Below, piece by piece: positions 27,401-64,000 of a stretch of 64,000 bases of DNA. The stretch's first letter is position 1. Each line of letters opens with the position of its first letter. The stretch is from Tubiluchus corallicola (lineage: Eukaryota > Animalia > Priapulida). The stretch spans positions 310,001 through 374,000 of the forward strand of contig JAQGDQ010000201.1 of the NCBI GenBank assembly GCA_030141605.1, in the 5' to 3' direction. The notes below the pieces were generated by a model that was not told the DNA's origin, searched no databases, and saw only the letters and a list, made by a program, of their open reading frames with translations. Both the position numbers and the translations under genes were made by a program.

Positions 27401-27689
27401 TGGTGTGTAATGTTTATACCTAAGTATCTGTATCATATCAAGCGATTCCATTATTTTCTTTTTATAGCATTGTGATCAAAACTTCGTCAAATTTTTTTTG
27501 CCTCACCTGATATAACGTACTGGTTCTTCTAGTACACAACATACAATTTTAATATAATTCGTTAAAGTAACCGAAATGAGAGTTTACAAATTTGATGTGT
27601 GTTTTGCATTGGCAAAAATTAATACTGTTAAGCACAAACACAAAAATTCAAGGACATTTATTCTGCCCAAGAACTAGCTATTCAATACG

Positions 27690-27774
27690 GCAAAGAAAAA
27701 AGAGGAACCTTATCAGGAAAAAAGAAAAACCAAAAAAGAATAATTTGATTATAATTAGTTTCAGCGCATTTATT
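27690..27774 (-). terminator. Probable CHD polyadenylation site (3' UTR about 1.9 kb)
   Basis: Minus-strand AATAAA at 27774-27769 followed by a U-rich downstream tract (plus-strand A-rich 27692-27740). Confidence 0.5.
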
Positions 27775-29644
27775 TTGAAAATAAAATACTTGCATATTTA
27801 CATATAATCAGATGTATCCAGCACACTATAATCAACATAGTATCATATCACCGATTATAAAAAGCTTTAACAATTCTTCCAACCAAGTCATAACAGAGGC
27901 AAACACTATTTAGCATTAAATTTCCAACCATCTCTATGCTTGCTTGACTAATATTATCATCATTTTCTTTGCATAAATACAACCAGCAAGTACATGCAGC
28001 CGTAATCAGCAAAAGTCATAAACTTGTTGTTGCTATACATTTCTAAAGGCTTTCTTTTAAAAAGAGCATTAAGATGTCAAATATATACATATCGGATCCC
28101 TTAACTATCAATGCAAACCAATAGCATTGTTGTGCAACAGTAATTGGTTACAGTATTTTAAATATACAGTCAAGTGAACCACTAAAGTGTTGAACATAAG
28201 TCATAATTCTACAAACAACAAAGCTACTGCTTAACTAAATATACAGGAAAATAAACAAAATTAAAAGAGAAACATGAAAACCATCAACAACATGGCACAA
28301 GATTTAATTGGTTAAATAATTTCCCATATGTATCGCATGCATGCTGGGCATGTACAGGAGAAAAATATTGTTTTGCTACAGTTTAAGTACCAGATCAACT
28401 GCAAATTCAAATTTCAAGTATAACACTTGCTTTGCTTGATTTATACGCGCAAAAAACTCGTCTACTACTCAAAACTGTCGATTTTTAGCTTATCAGTTAA
28501 GTTTCATAATTTAGTGAGTGTAGTGTTAAATACTGACACAATGTTTTAAAAGGCTGGACCGAGGATAAGCATTGAGTTTCCATATTTTAATTAATAGTAA
28601 ATACAATTCAATTTTCTTTGCACTTTATAAAAACCTTTGAAAGCCTGATTAATGACTGATTGCGATGACAGTTTCACTGAAAAAAAATTAATTTTAAACA
28701 GTAAATGAAGATTTTTTTCTGCTTAATATAACAATTAACTTAAATCAGATACACAATTGTAATGCAACAGCTAACAGAATGTCATAATGGCTAGCTACAC
28801 AGGAAATTAATTCATGATAAGTTTAAAAAATCACGAACCAGTACATAATGTCAAATGATACCTCAGATGGCAATAACAATTGCAATTTTTGCATACCCGT
28901 TGCCTTGTAACCACATAACAATTACAGCTCACAGAAACTGTATTTAAAAAATTCCTAATGAAGCTTTATACAAAAACTATTGTACGTTAACTTAACACAT
29001 TACTGAAAATTACAAAAACCTTTCTCTACCCCTCAAAACAGAACTTCAATAATTATCACCCACACACATACATAAATATATTTAGTTTCCATAAATAACA
29101 CTAAAAAGAAAATAACCTCTGACTAGGGATGACATACGAAGATACGATTCATAATGGAATAATTTTCACAATGACTATTTTCTCAAACAAACAAACGAAC
29201 TCAGTTAAGGAAGTGAATTCGTATTTCAAAGTTAAGGGAAAATGCTCACAGTTTAAGTGCAAGCTCAAAGTAGTAATCGTTTTTTCCTCAAACAGTCAAA
29301 CATATTCCCAAGTGGAGCTTAGTTATAGATGTTTGTCTATAACAAAACCATCCCTTAAACACTAAAATGATTTTTAAGATTCTGAACAAAATGCCAGCAT
29401 TCAAATGAGAGCATGTTAGCATGGTACTAGATACTAACATAACTGATGTAGTTAAAACTTGTCAAATTCTAGTTCAGGGCAATTTGCAAATCTATGAGGC
29501 ATGATGGAGAAAATATGTCATACAGTCAAAGACAAGGGTACTGTGAATCAATATTATCATACACTATGTTACATGACATCAGCATTAGAGATATGACTAT
29601 GTACAACATCATTATATACAGCAAATCATCTAGGTATGTATATG

Positions 29645-58260
<28,616 letters not shown>

Positions 58261-58760
58261 TATTCAGAAAAAAATTCTGAAGTGAAAATTACCAAGTCAG
58301 TAAATATGTTGTAATCATAGAGTAACAACCACGATAAACAAGAAGCACTCAGATAAAAAATAATGTGATAACATGAATGACGAAATTAATGTTTTCCGCT
58401 AACTTCCATGACAGAAATTTACAAAAGCCACCAAACTTAATTGTTCATTTTCTTCTCGCGGCCATTTTGAAATCACGAAATCAAAACCAGACATCGTCGG
58501 TCGGGAGCGATAAAAATTCAAACGGTTGTTACCAATAACTTGGAAATGTAAACAAGTTGTCTATGTAATACACATTACGGAGATTATTTTAAAAAGCGTT
58601 TAATGGCTACACAAGCACCATCATTAAACGACATTTTCGCGACCTCAGTTCGTAAAACGTATACTTTCTAAAACATGTCAGCCATTCACTGCTGACTTCC
58701 CCAAATACTTCCCCGTGCACGTAGCGCCATCAAACGAGTAAAATCGACAAATGAGACCCT
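58261..58760 (-). promoter_or_regulatory. CHD promoter and 5' UTR exon (CpG-rich patch with YY1-type motif)
   Basis: Local CpG cluster at about 58450-58750 in otherwise CpG-poor DNA. Minus-strand CAAAATGGCCGC (58459-58470) is a YY1-like element typical of housekeeping start sites. ATGAGTCAG|GTGAGA donor at 58251, with an in-frame TGA 6 nt upstream of the ATG. Confidence 0.65.
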
Positions 58761-61580
58761 GGGAAGAGGATCTGTTGGAATTTTGTACAGAAAATGGGAG
58801 GGAAAACATTAATCTTTGACAAATCTGCATGATAATCACATTTTTTAAGACAATAAATAAGTTTTCAGAACATTGCTCTAATTGGTACACCCCAATGATA
58901 ACATAATAATCAAAAATTCAAGTATAAACTTTAGCCAAACAATTCCAGATCAGAACATTTTATGCAATACAATTATACCTCTTACCCCAAAAAGCAAATA
59001 GAGTACTCCAAAATCATTCTGCAGCATGAGCAAGAATAAATTATTGCATCAGCTAATGTGGCGGTAGATTTGAAGATACAAGAAATGCTGCAAAAATTAA
59101 CTCGACCTGACCAAGCTCTGTCACTAATGTAAAGTACTTATACAAAAATATGCTTATTCTGACTTATTCTTATAGAAAATTTACTGCATTTTTCCAATGC
59201 ACAAACAATGACACAGTCACATTTAGTTGAAAACATGATACTAACACATTTCTACTGGAACTGCCATTGATGAAATGGACGTTGCTACCTGAATCAAGAA
59301 GACTCTCATTTTGTAGACGTTGCAAGAAGCAGTGCTCATTAATACTCCATTCGCATTAGTTAGTGACAATGATCAAGTCCAATAATTGACTACAAAAAGC
59401 GAACTGTTCCCGCGGTAGATTTTGAAAATGCAGGTGGGTTTTAAGCAATGATACTGCAACATCCAAATCACTTCCTAACTGGTCGACAATATCACGACCT
59501 GAACAACAAGTCTTTAGGAATATTCTCGTGTGTCTGCAGATGAAAATATAGTTAATAGGCAACAAATACTATGCTCTGTGGGACTGAGATGGTTTAAACG
59601 ACTAATATTTCCAGAGTTCCTCATCACATTTATTTAAAAAAAACTGCAATTCTTCCATATGCTTTCCAGCAACTACCAGAGGCAACACATCCTTCGTTCT
59701 GCTTCATGTAATTTCAATGACTTTGTCAAAGAGTATGCAATCCTATCAGCAGAAGTGTCATCAGTGCTACTATTATTTGCTTTGTTAATCGCTGTGTATA
59801 CCTCCATATCATCTATTTTAATCTTCTAGTTGCAAGGCTAGGCTGTTCTCTCTTCAGAGAATGGTGCTCCTTATAAGTCAATCATCAATTAAAATAAAAT
59901 GTTAGAAAAAGCATAGTGACACATACATTTTAACCATCAAAATTTTAAAAGCCACCGATGTTGGTCAATTTTAACAATGTGTATGATGCTAATTTGGTTC
60001 AATAGTACTACTGTCCTTCGAAAAATCTCACTAATTTCATCTTAACATCGAAATTACTGAATCACTTGATCAGCACAGATTCACATATTACTTGAAAGAT
60101 GAGAAGAATCGATGAATGTGAAAGGAAACAAAGAATTTAATTTAGTTTTAACAGTTGTTCTTGTAATCTGATGGCAGTTGTTAAGTCGGTTACTGTTTTT
60201 GGGTTTGTACAGATGCAAGGAAATCTCGCTTTACACACATTTAAATAATAAAATATCTATGACTTTACATATTAACAGTATAATCAGGAACCACTAAAAT
60301 AATGTGTGAACATTTATTTAACTGTACGAAATATATGAAATTAATTTAACACAATTGTACTAACAGCAACAACAAGTAGTTTTAACTAGTTTTTGAATGT
60401 AATGACACCAGCAAAGTAACAGAAGATTCATAATCTTCATAAAATAGAATAGCATTTAACAACTTAACAGTTCATAACAGTAGACAATTTCATCATTTTT
60501 GCCTAATGCAAGTGTGAAAAACTATGACTGACATTCATAGATTCAATTAAATTAATCTTAAATAAAATAATTACCAATTTATAATTTTGTATATTCTGTA
60601 GAAGGCTGCTTAACTTTCAAGCCAAACATACACCTCAGATTTTACAACAAAAACATAAAGGATTGTTTAACATGCCACAGAAGTATTCGGCCTCGGACAA
60701 AAATATTCTTTTTTGTAATGTCATTAGAGTTATCATTTCAGCTTAACAAGCCTAGCAAATGTAGTATAAAACAATGATGTCAAAAATGTCGTAATGAATA
60801 CAGTCATCAATACATTTAACTCAGTTTACTATGATGAAAGCTGAAGCATTCATACGTAAAAAACTCTAATGTAAATGTAGCTCAAAAAGTGGAAAACAAA
60901 TTAGAGTTATTTTCATTCAATGACTGAGTACAATTTAAGTACTTTAACTGTCATTAAAATAAAAAACTGGCACTTTTTGTGTTACCACAAAATTGCTAGA
61001 TGACCATATTGGAACAGTTTGCAGCAATGTTTACCAAAATGCTCCATGGTTCAGTCAATACTTTCAGCTGTTTTATAGAGATGGCTCTACCAATTTTACT
61101 TTGCCTTCTTCGGAAGACCTGTAAAATACAAACAAACTGTTTTTTACTTATAGGAAAAACTCTCCTTGCATCAAGATTGAAATTTTATAATTTCACAGCT
61201 AAAAATTCAATATGATACTCTCCTTAAAGGAAAAGTACTTATTTCCAAAAGAGAAAATTCAAATATGGCAGAGTGCTGTGTGACATTGCTAATGAAAAAA
61301 AAATCCTCAAATTCATAATTTCAATTGCTATGTTTGTAGCTGGTCTTCCTCAAGACTTCATGAAGCTGTCTAGAAACGGGTTGTGTTGCACTGATTGTGT
61401 GATTATTTTGCACAAAAACTGTTTCTGAGAAGCAGACACTGTTGCCCATCCAAGGAAGTATGGCCGACGGTTTAAAAACTAAGGAAATGAAGCTTTAAAA
61501 GTAGGTGTTCTGATTTAGTCATCAGTGAGAAACGTGTGCTTTGAAAACTGAGATTTTGTTTGATGTACTCCATATTAACT
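58600..61580 (-). pseudogene. Decayed multi-exon gene encoding a Leu-rich helical protein, tentatively FIRRM/C1orf112 (DUF4487)-like
   Basis: Series of protein-like blocks with residual splice sites (TTTTACAG acceptor about 61119, TCAG|GTAGC about 59288, TGGG|GTAAG about 58985) but in-frame stops and frameshifts. Examples: NLPREQFAFCSQLLDLII; VTELGQVELIFAAFLVSSNLPPH*LMQ*FILAHAAE*FWSTLFAFW; QICQRLMFSLPFSVQ...*WRYVH. Family assignment is from memory only. Confidence 0.5.
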
Positions 61581-61869
61581 AGATGTACTTTACGCAATAC
61601 TAATTAATTTGCTTTTAAACATTAATAAAGGTTTAACTTAAACCTGCATGTTTATACAAAAACAAATTCTTCTCTGGGATTAGTTTAAATGAAAAATACT
61701 TTTAGTTCATTTAAAATGACACTATGTTAGGTGATGACCAAAAATGAAATAAGTGCACAGCGAGCATTTTGCTGCCATGGCTTTAAAATAAACCATCGTA
61801 AATTGTCATATTACTAGGCGCAGGCGTGATATGTCTGATTAATAACTTGTGTTTAGAGCAGAATTTAGA

Positions 61870-64000
61870 GGATGGAATTCTAATGAAAATGCTAACATGT
61901 TGGCTTGAAGTAGTCAGAACAGCAGACAACCTACTTCTAACAAGATTTGTAATTATTAGGAGAATACAGTGGAAGGACTAAAATAAAAGTACCATAATGC
62001 TGAATCTTAATTTTGTTAAATTATTTTGAAAGCATTTTGTATTACTCTAAACTTCATTTGTATTAATCAGGATGGTGAACAAGCCATGTTCGAACAATAA
62101 ACTGTAGTTATAAGAGAGTTTAAAAAATGGGGCTTAAACAAAAATACTATATTTTGTTCAGAATATCTGTAGTATATATTAACGTTTAGTATATATTTTG
62201 AAAAATTAAATAGTACATATATTATATTTTATTTACACGTGTGAAAAGTAACCCAGTTTTGATTAATTTGTAACAATACTATTTTTGTTGTTGTGTTTCG
62301 CACACAATCTTTTAGTTACCAAAACATTATCCAAAAAAGGGCCATAGTCAAATTAATTGTTTTAGAAATTTTACAAGTACGAAGTTAAACTGGTACACAG
62401 TAGGTGTCATTTATTTGATTCACGGTTAGTAGAATTAATGGTATGGGCCGCTCCTATTCAAATGTATATAAAACTGTTGGCAATTGAACTCAAATAACTC
62501 TGCATAACTGACCCAATATTTTTGTTTCATGTACTTAAAATTAGAAATTTGTGTGTGATTAGAGAGCTTTTACTTCTTTTAGTCATTTTTACGTCGCTTT
62601 TGTGCACTACAGTACGTTTATCATGTGCGATATTCTAGCGTAGTGGTTTTGCTTCTGGAAGCTAAACATTTAATCACTTGCCAGTAGTTTACTTTTGAAG
62701 CTCCTGCTGCTTTTCACAGGGGAAGCAAAGTTATCACCCACTGCAGTTCAAGAGCTAGGCTTATTAGGTGTTTTGTGTGAATACATTATGTATGTGCATC
62801 ATACAGCAACCGATTTTTAACATTTTTAGCAATATGAACATTTCATAAAACAACTTCTTCATGAAGAAATGAAGCAACGGACCTCCCACGAATTTTCATA
62901 ATTTTTAGTGGTAATAATCAAGTTTGTGCGATTTTTTATTTTCTTTGTTTATTAATTCACTTATATGATTTAGTATTCTGAAATAATTGCACATAGGAAT
63001 TTTGTTTCTAAAGTTCATTTAAAGCCTTTGAATTACGTACTAAAGTGATGACTCATACTTCTATAGTAGTAATATGCTACACCCATCAGCTAATTGATTC
63101 AGTCGGTTAATTGGGTCAAAACACTTCTATCCCAAAGTGAGTTTATTAAGCGGTGCATACTGTATTAATTTTATTGTAGTGAAACAAGGTTATCTTCATA
63201 GGGCAAAATTGAGTAGAATCAAGAAAAAAGTCAAATGAGATGAAGGTCAAGCAACAAATTATTTGTAATGATGTAAATATGCAGATATCTTTCAGTGAAG
63301 CCATCATTTAAATGCTAAACTTAATAGCACTGACGTCAGTAAACATGCTTTTATGATTCTTAATATAAGGTGTATTAATGTTTTTTTTTATTACTTCACA
63401 ATACTATATTTTTTTGTATTTTGTTACTAATATTCTATATTGGGTGACATGCTTGTTGTTTCATATAGTTATATGCCTTGTTTTGTTTGCTTTATATGTC
63501 ACTTTACCATTTTTTGCACAGAATTTTGTATTTTGTTATTAATGCTTTGCACTCAGTGCCAGTCCATGATGAGAGCTATTTTATATTATGCTATTTTTTT
63601 GTTAATCGCTATGTCTTGTTTGAGTTATATATAATTTTCTCATTTCCTGTTTTGTAGAGATCTGCTGTGCATTGGCTAGATGGCTGCACATAAGAAGGTA
63701 TACGTTGTGCCAGTAAAACACGCTTCTTTTTTCTTCGCTTTCTCAGATCTGTTTATCATTTCTTACTGTTTTAGTGTTATGATTTTGTAACCCAGAATAC
63801 TGAAATAAATCAGTTTTCATGATGGTGTTAAAAAAGAAGTTTCTGGGATAATGAGATTCAAGACACATAATAAAAAGAAATCACGAACTTTGAATCCTAA
63901 TAATGACTAGTCAGTCAAGAAAAGAGGTTTATGGATTTCTGTTCACCAAATGTGTACATTAATGGCAATAACAAATCCATCAAAGTAAGGACCAGGCACT
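61870..64000 (+). pseudogene. Decayed EEF2KMT/FAM86-like (Methyltransf_16 family) lysine methyltransferase gene
   Basis: Colinear broken motifs. At about 62645-62820, GFCFWK...LAQ*FTFEAPAAFHRGSKVITHCSSRA/GLLGVLC...TATDF matches the family pattern GLxTW...LAEW...P..F...VLELGSGAGL.G...SD. Exon 63658-63697 reads SAVHWLD/W; 63774 onward reads (D)VMIL*PRI...FMMVLKK...IKRNHE (DV.Y.P...VL....RN.ET). Strong residual acceptors at 63657 and 63746. Confidence 0.5.

Noticed and set aside
61945-61990. GEYSG/GLK string resembling the METTL18 GVYEGGLK motif (METTL18 is head-to-head with FIRRM in human)
   Set aside because: Needs a frameshift, and the downstream motifs fit EEF2KMT/FAM86 better; treated as coincidence pending alignment.

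Overview
AT-rich, intron-rich eukaryotic DNA, most likely from an invertebrate animal. There are two intact minus-strand genes. The first is a 3-exon Repulsive Guidance Molecule gene (RGM, 4056-11687, 414 aa) with a signal peptide, GDPH autocleavage site and GPI tail. The second is a 37-exon CHD1/CHD2-type chromatin remodeller (29645-58260, about 1846 aa); I traced every exon by hand with consistent GT-AG phases. This repeats the vertebrate RGMA-CHD2 and RGMB-CHD1 linkage, but here the genes are in tandem rather than tail-to-tail. Upstream of CHD lie what look like two decayed, intron-containing genes arranged head-to-head: a minus-strand helical-protein relic (tentatively FIRRM/C1orf112-like) and a plus-strand EEF2KMT/FAM86-like methyltransferase relic. 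The minus-strand relic runs up to the CHD promoter and may continue past it into CHD intron 1, at the position the lncRNA CHASERR occupies in vertebrates. CHD also has a uORF-packed leader and a duplication-born candidate poison microexon. The rest is MITEs, LINE and mariner fragments, microsatellites and candidate enhancers. Pseudogene identities come from by-eye comparison with remembered sequences and need an alignment search.
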